This document shows, one piece after another, positions 8,880-19,263 of a stretch of 49,340 nucleotides of DNA. Origin of the DNA: Nitrospirota bacterium (GTDB lineage Bacteria; Nitrospirota; UBA9217). The position numbers and the translations under genes were made by a program. The stretch is from positions 1-49,340 of the forward strand of contig JAOUEV010000022.1 in NCBI GenBank assembly GCA_029858565.1, read 5' to 3'. Below the pieces are notes generated by a model that was given only the letters and a program-made list of their open reading frames with translations, searched no databases and was not told the DNA's origin. Within the stretch, counting starts at the first letter, position 1. Every line of letters begins with the position of its first letter.

Positions 8880-9674
8880 ATGCGATTGCCGGACAACCAG
8901 CCAACAGCTGGCGAGGCCCGCTGTCTCAGGCGCACAGGCCTGTACGTGCTGCTGTATGCTTTTTGCCACGCCTACTTCGGCGTCGGCTCGCTGAAGAACG
9001 CCCTGGGCGGCACAGCAGCCGCGGGCCGCGCGTTCGCCTTCCTGTTCGGAGCATCCTGGCTGGCGCTGTGGACAGGCGGAGCGCTGCTTCTCGCGGGCAG
9101 GAATGTCGGCCGGATCATCGCGAAGACCGGCGCCTTTTTTTCTTCCCTTTCCTATCTGATCGGCTTCGCGGTGCTTGGCTTTTCCCTGAATGGTAAGAAC
9201 GGGATATTCATCGTGGCGCAGCCGCTCTCCGGGCTGGCGCTCTTTTTCTTGATCACCGTGATGACGGTGTTCACGCCAACGCTGAACAAGGCTCTGCGCC
9301 GGTCGATCGTCGCAGCTGCCCTGCTCCTGCCGTGGTCACTGGCGCTGATACTGATGATCACCGGCAGTTTGCCCGCGCTTCCGCCCGGAGGGATCAGCCT
9401 GTTCCGCGGCCTGTTCCTCTCGTTCTGGTGCGCCCTGCCTTTTGTCAGCCTGCTGGCGGCTGTTGACTGCATGCCCGGTGATGGCAGAACGCTCCTGGCC
9501 GGAGGTCTGGCAGGCACCGCGCTCGCCAGCATCTACACCTACGGTCTGATCTGGACGCAGTCCTTTAATGTGTTCCTGCTGGCTTTGCTGCCGCCGGTGG
9601 TGTTCACCGCACAGGCCTCGGGTATCTTCATAGGGATGCTGCGGGGAAAGTTGTTTCGCGGGAAGGCTGGATAG
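8880..9674 (+). CDS. Hypothetical polytopic membrane protein
   Basis: About 8 hydrophobic segments; GGGAGG RBS; fills the gap between genes. Confidence 0.65.
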   Translation: MRLPDNQPTAGEARCLRRTGLYVLLYAFCHAYFGVGSLKNALGGTAAAGRAFAFLFGASWLALWTGGALLLAGRNVGRIIAKTGAFFSSLSYLIGFAVLGFSLNGKNGIFIVAQPLSGLALFFLITVMTVFTPTLNKALRRSIVAAALLLPWSLALILMITGSLPALPPGGISLFRGLFLSFWCALPFVSLLAAVDCMPGDGRTLLAGGLAGTALASIYTYGLIWTQSFNVFLLALLPPVVFTAQASGIFIGMLRGKLFRGKAG

Positions 9675-9680
9675 CCTGGA

Positions 9681-10844
9681 TCACTGGGCCTGCAGAACCA
9701 GGCATTTGAGGTACTGCGTTTCCCGGGCAGCGAGCAGCATGGGATGGTCGCGAGCCTGGGATCGCTCTTCCAGGAGCCGCACCGGACGTCCGGCGGACCA
9801 GGATGCGTCGATCAGCATCTCCCGGAACAGGTCGAGATCTATGTGATGGGAACAGGAGCAGGTCACCAGAAAACCGCCGGGCTCCAGCAGCCGCAGGGCC
9901 CGCAGATTGATCTCCTTGTACCCCTTGAGCGCCTCCCGCACCTTTGCCCTGCTCTTCACGAACGCCGGCGGGTCGAGGATGATGCAGCCGAAGCGCTGCC
10001 GGTCTTTTTCCAGGCGCCGCAGTTCATCGAACACATCGGCAACAACGAACTTCGCCGCGAGACCGTTCAGTCCCGCGTTCGCCTGGGCCAGGGAAATGGC
10101 GCGCTCCGACGAATCAATGCCCATGACCTCGGAAGCGCCGAACCTGGCAGCGGACAGGGCCCAGGCGCCGACATAGCAGAAGCAATCGAGCGTGCGAAGG
10201 CCGGGCACCAGCGCGGCCAGGGCCTGACGGTTCTCCCGCTGGTCAAAGAAGAAGCCGGTTTTCTGTCCCTCCAGCAGGTCCGCCCGGTACTTGAGCCCTG
10301 ATTCCTCGAACCGCACCGGACCGGCAACGCTCCCTTTCACGACCGAAACATCGAGCGCAAGTCCTTCAAGTTCGCGGGAACCCGAATCGTTCCTGAGCAC
10401 GATCGCTGAAGGTGCGTAGACCTCGTCCAGCGCTGCTAGGATCGTCTTTGTCAGCCGGTCGATGCCCGCGGTGGAGCATTGCACTGCGAGGACATCTTCG
10501 TACTTGTCCACGATCAAGCCGGGGATGCCGTCGCCTTCGCTGAACACTGCGCGGTAGGACCGGCCGAAACCCAGGCGCTCCCGGAGCTCGCGGGCCCTGC
10601 GGATGCGGCTGACAAAGAACGGAACGTCGGTCTCCTCCTGCTGCCGCGTCAGGATGCGGCAGGCGATCAGCGAGCGGGGATTCAGGTAGCCGCGGCCGAG
10701 GAACTGGCCGCGATTATCCGTCACGTCAACAAGCTCTCCCGGCTGAGCGTCGCGGGGAAGGTCCTCGATCTCGTTGCTGAACACCCAGGGATGTCCCCGC
10801 TGGAGGCGGCGTTCTTCTCTCTTTTTTAGCTTGATGGTTCGCAT
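9681..10844 (-). CDS. rlmI: RlmI-like 23S rRNA m5C methyltransferase (PUA + SAM domains)
   Basis: GHPWVFSNE, GQKTGFFFDQRENR, ILDPPAF, TCSCSHH. Start at ATG 10844 (MRTIKL). Confidence 0.88.
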   Translation of the reverse strand: MRTIKLKKREERRLQRGHPWVFSNEIEDLPRDAQPGELVDVTDNRGQFLGRGYLNPRSLIACRILTRQQEETDVPFFVSRIRRARELRERLGFGRSYRAVFSEGDGIPGLIVDKYEDVLAVQCSTAGIDRLTKTILAALDEVYAPSAIVLRNDSGSRELEGLALDVSVVKGSVAGPVRFEESGLKYRADLLEGQKTGFFFDQRENRQALAALVPGLRTLDCFCYVGAWALSAARFGASEVMGIDSSERAISLAQANAGLNGLAAKFVVADVFDELRRLEKDRQRFGCIILDPPAFVKSRAKVREALKGYKEINLRALRLLEPGGFLVTCSCSHHIDLDLFREMLIDASWSAGRPVRLLEERSQARDHPMLLAARETQYLKCLVLQAQ

Positions 10845-10851
10845 CCCGAGT

Positions 10852-11787
10852 CTACAGCCTGTTCTCAATATGCGATTCCGTTCGAAGCGTCTGGAGCCAG
10901 GCTCGGTAGGTGTTCTCGAGCTTCTGCTCGCCCAGCGTTCTGGCGATCTCTTCCCGTACCTTCTCAAAAGGCTGCACCGGCGTCCTGGTCTCCTCGAGCC
11001 TGACCAGGTGGTACCCGTCCGCGGACTTCACCGGACCCGCGTACTCGCCGGGCTTGAGGCCGCGCACAGCGTCCTCGATCTCCGGCAGAAGGTGCTCCCG
11101 TCTCAGAAAGCCCGTGTCGCCGTCAAGGGACGCGGTCGGCCCGCCGGAATGCTGCCGGATGAGCGCGATGAAATCCCCGCCCTTCTTCAGCTGGTCCAGG
11201 AGCTCCGCGGCCCGGTCCCGCGCCGCTGCTGCCTGGGCCGCGGTCGCTTTTGCCGGGACCGTCACCACCAGGTGCCGCACCCGGACCTCCTCGGGCATTG
11301 CGTACAGCTGGAGATTCTTTTCGTAATAGGTCCGCATCTCTTTCTCGTCAAGGGAAAGCCCGGTCCGCACATACTTGTTGATCAACCGGGACATGGTCAT
11401 CTGCTCGCGCAGCTCGCTCCGGTATTGATCGAAGGTCATGCCTTCCTTCTCAACGGCCCGCTCGAACTGCAGCCGGTCCATGCCGTTCCGGCGCATGACG
11501 TCGTTGACCGCCTCGTCCAGTTCCTTGTCCGTCACATCCATGCCGGTCTTCCTTGCCTCGGCCATCTGGAGCTTCCGGTCGATCATGTCCTCGAGCACAA
11601 GCCGCTCGTCCCTGGTTTCGCGCTGCTTTTGGACCTCGCGCTGAAGATCGCTCATGGTGATGATGTCGTCGTTCACCACGGCAACAACGCGGTCAACGAC
11701 AACGGACCCGTTGGCCGCGCTGGAAACGCCGCCCAGCACCAAAAGGGCCAGACCGATACAACAAAAGAAAAGAGAACGCTTATTCAT
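10852..11787 (-). CDS. surA: SurA-like chaperone / parvulin PPIase
   Basis: Signal peptide, VDRVVAVVNDDIIT, one rotamase domain (VRVRHL...GPVKSADGYHLV). Confidence 0.85.
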   Translation of the reverse strand: MNKRSLFFCCIGLALLVLGGVSSAANGSVVVDRVVAVVNDDIITMSDLQREVQKQRETRDERLVLEDMIDRKLQMAEARKTGMDVTDKELDEAVNDVMRRNGMDRLQFERAVEKEGMTFDQYRSELREQMTMSRLINKYVRTGLSLDEKEMRTYYEKNLQLYAMPEEVRVRHLVVTVPAKATAAQAAAARDRAAELLDQLKKGGDFIALIRQHSGGPTASLDGDTGFLRREHLLPEIEDAVRGLKPGEYAGPVKSADGYHLVRLEETRTPVQPFEKVREEIARTLGEQKLENTYRAWLQTLRTESHIENRL

Positions 11788-11857
11788 GGCTCTACCAACC
11801 TCGTGATCACGGACACGGGGTATTGTTTTTTCCCCCCTGCCCCCGTAAAATGGGCTC

Positions 11858-13018
11858 ATGTTTGTGAACCGGCTTATTACTACTTCGGCCTTCGCGCTGC
11901 TCGTCGCCTTTACCGCGGCCGCGCAGGAGCGGGCGGATGACACGGTGACCGTTGCAGCGGTCGGCGACATCATGCTCGGCCACCGCGCGGAACCCTATCT
12001 GCAGCAGAAAGGTCCGGGCTATCCCTTTGTCAATGTGCTTCCCGTGCTGCGGAGCGCCGACCTGGTTATCGGGAACCAGGAGTGCCCGATCTCCTCACGC
12101 GGCGAGGCAGTGCCGGACAAGAAGTTCACGCTCCGCGTGGGACAGCTCGGCGTCGACGCACTGAAGGAGGCCGGCATCCGCGTGGTAACGCTCGCGAACA
12201 ATCATATCCTCGATTTCGGGCCCCTTGCGCTCCAGGATACCCTGGCCGCGCTCTCCGGCAACGGCATCCTCTTTACCGGCGCGGGCATGGACCTCGATGA
12301 CGCGCGGGCTCCTGCGTTCCTCAAGGTGAAGGACCGGGCCATCGCGTTCCTGTCCTACTCCCTGACCTTCCCCCTGGAGTTCTACGCTTCCCGCGGCCGT
12401 CCCGGCACCGCGCCGGGGTATGCGGACTTCGTACGCGCGGACATCGCAAAGGTCCGGGAACGCGCCGACCTGGTCGTTGTTTCGTTCCATTGGGGCGCGG
12501 AACTCATGACCGCTGCCAAGGACTATCAGGTCGACCTGGGCAGAAAAGCGATCGACTGGGGCGCGGACCTGGTCCTGGGCCATCATCCCCACATCCTTCA
12601 GGAACTGGAACTGTATAAGGGACGGCTCATCGCCTACAGCCTGGGGAATTTCACCTTCGGCTCGGAAAGCGACAAGACCAACACAAGCATCATACTCCTT
12701 TGCACCTTCCGGGGAAAGACCCTTGAACGGGTGGAGGCCGTGCCGATCGACGTGAACAATTACCGGGTGGCTTATCAGCCCCGCGTCCTGAACGGTGCCG
12801 CGGGAGCCGCGGTGGTGGAGAGCATCAACAAGGCATCGGCGCGCTTCGGAACGCGGCTGACGCCGCGGGAGGGATGGGGCGAGATCGTCCTGTCTCCTGC
12901 AGGCGCCGAACCTACCGCAGCGCCTCGTAATTCACCACGAATTTTGTCCGGGCCCGAAGCTCGCTCAGCCATTTCTGATACCGCTGGTCCTGCTTCTGCC
13001 TCTGCAGCCGCTCGGTAA
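11858..13018 (+). CDS. CapA/PgsA-family metallophosphatase-fold protein
   Basis: VGDIMLG, LANNHILDFG, SFHWGAE, GHHPHILQ, YSLGNF; signal peptide. Confidence 0.9.
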   Translation: MFVNRLITTSAFALLVAFTAAAQERADDTVTVAAVGDIMLGHRAEPYLQQKGPGYPFVNVLPVLRSADLVIGNQECPISSRGEAVPDKKFTLRVGQLGVDALKEAGIRVVTLANNHILDFGPLALQDTLAALSGNGILFTGAGMDLDDARAPAFLKVKDRAIAFLSYSLTFPLEFYASRGRPGTAPGYADFVRADIAKVRERADLVVVSFHWGAELMTAAKDYQVDLGRKAIDWGADLVLGHHPHILQELELYKGRLIAYSLGNFTFGSESDKTNTSIILLCTFRGKTLERVEAVPIDVNNYRVAYQPRVLNGAAGAAVVESINKASARFGTRLTPREGWGEIVLSPAGAEPTAAPRNSPRILSGPEARSAISDTAGPASASAAAR

Positions 13019-13868
13019 TCTCCTTCGACACTTCTTCCAGGCTCTGCTTGCCCGCCTTGCGCCTGCTCTCCAGCTTGAAGAGATGGAACCCGTAGGGGCT
13101 CTTCACCACGCCGCTCACGCCGCCTTTGGCCAGTCCGAAGACCACGTTGAACTCCCCGGGCATATCGCCCATGGTGAAGTAGCCGAGGTCTCCGCCCTCT
13201 TCGGCCTCGGGAGCGGTCGAACTCTTGCGGGCAAGCTCGGCGAAATCAGCTCCCTGCTGGATCTGGTCGAGAAGCCGGTGCGCCTCCTGCTCGGAGCTGA
13301 CCACGATCTGGCGCACACGCACCTGCTCGGGACGTTCGAACTCCTGGGGATTGTCCTGGTAATACCTCCGGACCTCGGCTGCGGAGACCCGTACCGGTCC
13401 GGCGACCTCGCGCTGGACAAGCTTCTCGATCATCATGTCTTCCCAGCGGTCGGACTTCCATTTCTCGAAATCAACGCCCATGTCTGCCAGCTGGCCCTTC
13501 ACGTCCCGGCCCTGCTCTTTTTTCATGACCTCGATGAGCTGGTTGATCTCCGGCAGACCGACCTTGAACCGCCTCCGCTGGGCCTCTTTGAGCAGCATCC
13601 TGCGCTCGATCAGCCGGTTCAGGAACTCCTCCTTGACCTGGAGTACCGCGTCCTTTTCCGGCTTGAGACCCGACCGCTGGAACCGCTCCTCGAGCTCGGC
13701 AAGGGTGATGGGATCGCCGTTCACCGTGGCCAGCACCTTCACTTCAGGCGCGACCGCGGCGGGCCGCTGGGGCTGCGCAGTCTCTTCCTTGCGCACGCAC
13801 CCAAACAACAACAGCCCCAACAGGATCGCCGGGGCTGTGTGCTGTATGAATTGTCTCTGCTCGATCAT
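12912..13868 (-). CDS. PpiC-type peptidyl-prolyl isomerase lipoprotein (PrsA-like)
   Basis: Lipobox LFGC, LATVNGDPIT, GGDLGYF, VKSPYGFHLFK. Confidence 0.9.
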   Translation of the reverse strand: MIEQRQFIQHTAPAILLGLLLFGCVRKEETAQPQRPAAVAPEVKVLATVNGDPITLAELEERFQRSGLKPEKDAVLQVKEEFLNRLIERRMLLKEAQRRRFKVGLPEINQLIEVMKKEQGRDVKGQLADMGVDFEKWKSDRWEDMMIEKLVQREVAGPVRVSAAEVRRYYQDNPQEFERPEQVRVRQIVVSSEQEAHRLLDQIQQGADFAELARKSSTAPEAEEGGDLGYFTMGDMPGEFNVVFGLAKGGVSGVVKSPYGFHLFKLESRRKAGKQSLEEVSKEITERLQRQKQDQRYQKWLSELRARTKFVVNYEALR

Positions 13869-13870
13869 TG

Positions 13871-14566
13871 TTATTTGGTAGCGGCCTGGCCCTTCTTGTC
13901 CGGCGCGGGGATCACCTGGAGGTCCAGGGTGCCCGTGGGCTTGGTCACGGGCTCGACCGCGGCCTCGAGCGCCTTTTCGTCCACCGATACCGAGGCCTTT
14001 GCCTTGAGGGCCTTGGTATAGTCAAGATAGACGTCGCGCTGTTTGTTCTGGAACAGCACGTCGCGGATGCGCGGCTCGACCTCCTTGAGGGGCATCCGCT
14101 TTCCGTTCATGCTGACCATTCTGTTCTGGTTCTTGGTGTAGAACTCCTGTATTTCCTTGGCCGTGGGCTGCTCGACCTTGGCAAGCTTGTCGGCCAGTTC
14201 CTTCTTCAGAAGGCTTCGGAACAGGTCGTTCCGGACGGCGTTCTGCACCTGGACTTCCATGTCCTTGCGCAGGGCCTCCTGCCGTTTCTTGAATTCGGGA
14301 TCCTTGTCCAGGCCGAGACGTTTGGCCTCCTGGATCACCAGCTCGATCCCGATCAGGTCGTCGAGGAATTCCTTGCGCAGCTTCGGGTCGGTCACGACCG
14401 ATATCTGCATCTGGGGATTCTCGAGGCTGTCCATCTGGCGCTTGAAGTCCGAGACCGTTATCTTGGCGTTATTGACCTTGGCGACGACCTTGGCATCGTC
14501 GCTCTTCGTGCATCCGGCTGCGACCAAGAGAAGCGCGGCACCGGCCACGATGGTATGTTTCAACAT
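13871..14566 (-). CDS. SurA N-terminal-domain lipoprotein lacking a rotamase domain
   Basis: Lipobox AAGC, VVAKVNNAKIT, LVIQEAKRLGL; no parvulin motif seen. Confidence 0.8.
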   Translation of the reverse strand: MLKHTIVAGAALLLVAAGCTKSDDAKVVAKVNNAKITVSDFKRQMDSLENPQMQISVVTDPKLRKEFLDDLIGIELVIQEAKRLGLDKDPEFKKRQEALRKDMEVQVQNAVRNDLFRSLLKKELADKLAKVEQPTAKEIQEFYTKNQNRMVSMNGKRMPLKEVEPRIRDVLFQNKQRDVYLDYTKALKAKASVSVDEKALEAAVEPVTKPTGTLDLQVIPAPDKKGQAATK

Positions 14567-14618
14567 GAATGCTTCCTCCCGAGTGGAACAGACGTAAAAG
14601 TCCGTTCTTTATAGCATG

Positions 14619-17600
14619 TTACCGGAGCTCCTGCAAGCACTTTTTCACCGCTTCCGACGCCGCTTTGAGCGATTGATCGGCCACAGCGATGCGCAGCGTA
14701 TACTCCGGCACGAGCCGCACGGTCCCCTTGCTTCGCCGGATATAGGCCATGACCCGGTCCGGCGCGACCGGCGCGTTCTCGGAGAAAGTGACGCTCACGC
14801 TGTCCGTGCTTCCGTCGATGCGGCTCACCATGCCGCTGCGCGCGAGCAGCTTGATCTTCATGATCTCGATGAGGTTCGCCGCCGGTTCCGGAAGCTCTCC
14901 ATACCGGTCCCGGAGCCCCTCGGCGATATCGTCCAGCGCCGTGTCCGCGGCTGCGGCCGAGATCTCCTTGTATGCCTGGAGCCGGAGGCTCACGTCGTAG
15001 ATATAGGATTCGGGAATATAGGCGGAAGCGCGAAGATTGATCTGCGTGTCCGGCTCCTGGCTTATCTCCTCGCCCCGGAGCTCCGCCATGGCCTCTTCCA
15101 TCATCTCCGTGTACAGGTCGATCCCGACCGCGGCGATGTGTCCGGACTGCTGTTTGCCCAGCAGGTTTCCGGCGCCGCGGCTCTCCAGGTCCTGTGCCGC
15201 GATGCGGAATCCCGCGCCGAGCTCCGACAGCTCCTGGATGGCCCGGAGCCGGGTGCGCGCGATGTCCGAGAGCGCCTCCTCCTCGGGCGTGAGCAGATAG
15301 GCATAGGCCTTTCTGCGGCTCCTGCCCACGCGGCCCTTGATCTGGTAGAGCTCGGCAAGTCCGAAACGGTCCGCCCGGTTGATGATGATCGTGTTGGCGT
15401 TCGGGATGTCTATCCCTGACTCGATGATCGTGGTCGTGACCAGCACGTTCAGTTCGGCGGCAACGAACTTGGACATGACCTCCTCGATCTCCTCCTCCTG
15501 CATCTGGCCGTGAGCAACGCCGATCCTGGCCGCGGGAACGAGGTTCTGGATATAGGCTGCCATGCGCTCGATGCCGGCAACGCGGTTCTGGACAAAAAAG
15601 ACCTGGCCGCCACGATCCAGCTCCTGCATCACCGCCTCGCGTATCACCCGCTTGCCGAACCGCGCGAGCACCACCTGGATCGCCTGGCGGTCAAGCGGCG
15701 GCGTCTGGATTATGGAAAGGTCGCGGATGCCCGAGAGCGACATGTGGAGCGTGCGCGGTATCGGCGTGGCGGTGAGCGTCAGCACGTCCACCATCTTTCG
15801 CATCTCCTTGATCCGCTCCTTGTGCTTCACACCGAAGCGGTGCTCCTCGTCGATCACCAGAAGCCCCAGGTTGCGGAACGCGATATCCCGCTGGAGCAGC
15901 CGGTGCGTGCCGATCACAATGTCCACGGTCCCTGCCTTGAGCTTGCGGAGCGTTTCCTTTTGTTCGCTCTTCGTGCGGAACCGGGACATAAGGTCCACGG
16001 TGATCGAGAACGGTGCGACACGTTCGGAAAAAGTGCGAAAGTGCTGGTCAGCAAGCAGTGTGGTCGGAACGATCACCGCTGCCTGGAAACCGTCCTCAAC
16101 AGCCTTGAAAGCCGCGCGGAGCGCCACCTCGGTCTTGCCGAACCCGACGTCCCCGCAGACCAGGCGGTCCATGGGCCTGGGCTTCTGCATGTCCTCAAGC
16201 ACATCCTCGATCGCCTTTTGCTGGTCCGGCGTCTCCTCAAAAGGGAAGGCTGACTCGAACTCGCGATAGAGATTGTCCGGAGCTGACAGGGGAGAGCGCT
16301 GCATTGCCTCGCGCGCGGCGTAGATGGCAACAAGCTCCTGCGCCATCATCAGGATGTCCTTCTTGATCTTCTCCTTGGTGCGCTGCCAGGTCGGGGCGCC
16401 GAGCTTGTTCACCTTGGGCGGGCTGCCCTCGGTGCCCGTATACTTCTGCACCTTGTCCAGACTGTAGAGCGGGACATACAATTTCGCGTCAGGCTCGTAC
16501 CTGAGCGTCAGAAAATCCGTTTCGAACCCGTCCACGGCAAGGTGTGTCAGGCCCTGGTACTCGCCTACCCCGTAGTCCGTGTGAACAACAAAATCCCCGG
16601 GCTTGAGCTCTTTGAATGATGAAAGGAAGGGCGCTGCTTTTGACTTCGCCTGGCGCGGCCGGTGGACCTTGCTGCCGAAGATCTCCTCATCAGTGATCAT
16701 GACGAGCTGAACGCTGGGCCAGGAGAATCCCGCGGTCAGCCTGCCGGTCATCACCGCCACCGTCCAGGGCCCGTTGTCATCAAGATCAATGGCTGTCTTG
16801 CGGCTTATAGGCACGCCGTATTCCGTGAACATGCGGAACAGCCTGTTCGCTGCGTCCTCGGTCCCGCAGACTAGGAAGACCCTGTTCTGCTCGCGCAGAC
16901 GCTTGAGCTTCTCGGACAAGGCCGTAACCGTACCTTCGCCTGTTTCCTGGACCGTGTGGTCATGAGGCGTTGCGCCTGCCTTGGTGAGCCGCACATTCAG
17001 ATAGGATGACGAGCGGGTGTCCATCCTGATGGTGTCCCCGCTCATTGCGAGCAGCCGGAGCTGAACGGTACGGAAAGGCGCCAGTGAAGCGAAAAGTGTT
17101 TCAGCGTCGAGATAGAAATCTTTTGCCTCCGGCAGGGTCCTGTTCTCAGCGATCTCCTCGGCCCTGCCTTGCTCGATCTTTGCCGTGCGCTCGTTTAAAA
17201 CCTTGGTGATATCGTCCGGCTCGATAAGGGCAATGACGCTTGTCTCGGGAAAGTACCGGACCAGCGGGTCCATAGTATAGAAGAACGGCGCCAGGAACTC
17301 AGCGCCAGGCGGGAACGTCCCTTCCTCGATCTGCTTCTGCTGTTCCTGGCTGATTTGTGCTCGTTTTTCGTTTTTGTCTTCCTGTTTTTCAATCCGCAAT
17401 CCGCAATCCGCATTCCGCAATTGGATCAGTTCCCTGACCGGCAGCGCCACTGCCTGCTTGATCGTTCCGAGCGAGCGCTGGGTCTCGGGATCGAACTCGC
17501 GCAGGGACTCAACAACATCGCCGAAGAACTCGAAGCGAAGAGGGTTGGGATGGGCTGGAGAGAAGATATCGATGATCCCGCCGCGGCGGCTGAACTCGCC

Positions 17601-18188
17601 GATCCGCGTGACCAGGGAAGCGTGCTCGTATCCGATGGAAATGAGGCTGTCGGCAAAGGCATCAGGATCGAGAGTGGAGCCGCTGTTGATCGTACGCACA
17701 GCATCAGCAAAAAGCTCCCAGGGCGGCAGTTTCTGCATGAGCGCTGAAGCAGGCGCGACCACAATGCACGGCCCGCCGCTCACCAGGCGGTAGAGCACGG
17801 ACATGCGCTCGCCCACCGTGGCGCTGTCAGGCGAATCAGCCTCAAACGGAAGAACACCCCAGCCAGGAAACACCAATATATCTTCCTCCCCTTGGTAAGT
17901 GGAGGCCACGTGGGGGATGTTCGTTTGTTGTGAGTTCGCCGGTTGGGATGGGTTTTTCTGGTCAGATGATCCCGGCATTGCCCGCGCCAGGAACCGGAGA
18001 TCAGCCGCAAAAGCGTCCGCCTCTTCCTCGTTCGCGGTCACGACCAGCAGATGCCGCTTGGTCTCGCGAAAGAGCTCGAGCAGCATGAGTCCGCGCGATC
18101 CGCCCCAGAGTTCTGAAAGCTCGATGGTTTTCGTGTCGGACAGGAGTTTCTGGAGGGGCTGTTGGAGTATTTCCTGAAGCTGGTTCAT
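14619..18188 (-). CDS. mfd: Transcription-repair coupling factor Mfd
   Basis: UvrB-like N-terminus, RID, GDVGFGKT, DEEHRFG, TATPIPRT, TRCF C-terminal domain. Confidence 0.97.
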   Translation of the reverse strand: MNQLQEILQQPLQKLLSDTKTIELSELWGGSRGLMLLELFRETKRHLLVVTANEEEADAFAADLRFLARAMPGSSDQKNPSQPANSQQTNIPHVASTYQGEEDILVFPGWGVLPFEADSPDSATVGERMSVLYRLVSGGPCIVVAPASALMQKLPPWELFADAVRTINSGSTLDPDAFADSLISIGYEHASLVTRIGEFSRRGGIIDIFSPAHPNPLRFEFFGDVVESLREFDPETQRSLGTIKQAVALPVRELIQLRNADCGLRIEKQEDKNEKRAQISQEQQKQIEEGTFPPGAEFLAPFFYTMDPLVRYFPETSVIALIEPDDITKVLNERTAKIEQGRAEEIAENRTLPEAKDFYLDAETLFASLAPFRTVQLRLLAMSGDTIRMDTRSSSYLNVRLTKAGATPHDHTVQETGEGTVTALSEKLKRLREQNRVFLVCGTEDAANRLFRMFTEYGVPISRKTAIDLDDNGPWTVAVMTGRLTAGFSWPSVQLVMITDEEIFGSKVHRPRQAKSKAAPFLSSFKELKPGDFVVHTDYGVGEYQGLTHLAVDGFETDFLTLRYEPDAKLYVPLYSLDKVQKYTGTEGSPPKVNKLGAPTWQRTKEKIKKDILMMAQELVAIYAAREAMQRSPLSAPDNLYREFESAFPFEETPDQQKAIEDVLEDMQKPRPMDRLVCGDVGFGKTEVALRAAFKAVEDGFQAAVIVPTTLLADQHFRTFSERVAPFSITVDLMSRFRTKSEQKETLRKLKAGTVDIVIGTHRLLQRDIAFRNLGLLVIDEEHRFGVKHKERIKEMRKMVDVLTLTATPIPRTLHMSLSGIRDLSIIQTPPLDRQAIQVVLARFGKRVIREAVMQELDRGGQVFFVQNRVAGIERMAAYIQNLVPAARIGVAHGQMQEEEIEEVMSKFVAAELNVLVTTTIIESGIDIPNANTIIINRADRFGLAELYQIKGRVGRSRRKAYAYLLTPEEEALSDIARTRLRAIQELSELGAGFRIAAQDLESRGAGNLLGKQQSGHIAAVGIDLYTEMMEEAMAELRGEEISQEPDTQINLRASAYIPESYIYDVSLRLQAYKEISAAAADTALDDIAEGLRDRYGELPEPAANLIEIMKIKLLARSGMVSRIDGSTDSVSVTFSENAPVAPDRVMAYIRRSKGTVRLVPEYTLRIAVADQSLKAASEAVKKCLQELR
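17391..17421. repeat. Heptamer (AATCCGC/ATTCCGC) tandem repeat inside mfd
   Basis: aatccgc aatccgc aatccgc attccgc aat; encodes LRNADCGLRI in frame. Confidence 0.8.
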
Positions 18189-18338
18189 TCGATTTCAATG
18201 ATAACACGGAGGGAGGGGGTATGCAATACAGGAGGGAGCGGGGTGCGAGAGCATGGGGGTAAGACGCGCGTCACTTGCACGGCGGCCTCGACCAGCTCGT
18301 TAGGATCATCAGCAGGTTTCACTGCCGACTGCTCGTCT

Positions 18339-19022
18339 TCAATCTCGAACAAACGCGGTCTTCGTCTTCTCTTGAACAGGAACAGACGCCAGCACCATGC
18401 AGTAGTTGATCGTCTTCCCTTGTGCCTTGAACTTGTCCTCGTACTCCGTTGTCACACCCTTTGCGTCATAATCCGTGCAATGGAGGTCCTCCGTCGATCT
18501 CAGAAGCGGCATCCCGCTCTTTTCGAATTCACGCTTCGCAAAGGCAAAAAGCGCATCGTTATCCGTTTTGAACTCAATGCAGCTTCCTTCTTTCAGGATA
18601 TGCCGGTAGCCGCTCAGAAATCTTCCGTGGGTCAGCCTTCGCGGGGCGTGACCGCCCTTTGGCCAGGGATCGGAAAAGTTCAGATAAATGCCTGCCAGCT
18701 CAGCCTTGTCGAAGTATTCATGCACATCGTGGATATACTCCTTGATAAAAACAATGTTGTCCAGTTTTGCCTTCGCGGCCTTTTCCAGGGCCCGAAGCAT
18801 GACGCTGCTTCTGCCTTCCACTGCGATATAGTTCCGGGCGGGATTTTGTGCTGCAAGTGCCAGGATGAACTGCCCCCTGCCGCACCCGAACTCAGCATAT
18901 ATTTCGTTCCCGTTCCTGAAAACCTGCTGCCACTTTCCCTTTTTGTCCCGGGGCTCATCGATCAAACATTGATGATGTTCAGCGATTTTATCTTCTATGT
19001 TCTTTATTTTTCTTAGTCGCAT
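18339..19022 (-). CDS. trmB: tRNA (guanine-N7)-methyltransferase TrmB
   Basis: EFGCGRG, LNFSDPWPK, RRLTH, FKTDN, TEYEDKF. Start taken at MRLRKIK. Confidence 0.92.
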   Translation of the reverse strand: MRLRKIKNIEDKIAEHHQCLIDEPRDKKGKWQQVFRNGNEIYAEFGCGRGQFILALAAQNPARNYIAVEGRSSVMLRALEKAAKAKLDNIVFIKEYIHDVHEYFDKAELAGIYLNFSDPWPKGGHAPRRLTHGRFLSGYRHILKEGSCIEFKTDNDALFAFAKREFEKSGMPLLRSTEDLHCTDYDAKGVTTEYEDKFKAQGKTINYCMVLASVPVQEKTKTAFVRD

Positions 19023-19263
19023 CGCGATCTTATCATTTGATGATAACAAGCAGTTGTTTCAACGAAAACTATGGATCCATGTAGTATATACAAACATCTG
19101 CGGTATGTGAATGTATCTACGTATCATATGCTTTTCTAGAAGACGCTTCGCAGACCGGTTGCGACAGCCATAAGGGTCACATGAGGAGAGAATATATAGA
19201 AAGCGCTCAAAGATGTCAAGCAGGAGTAGTGAAAACTTCGGGTCCTGTATCGATCCGCCCTGC

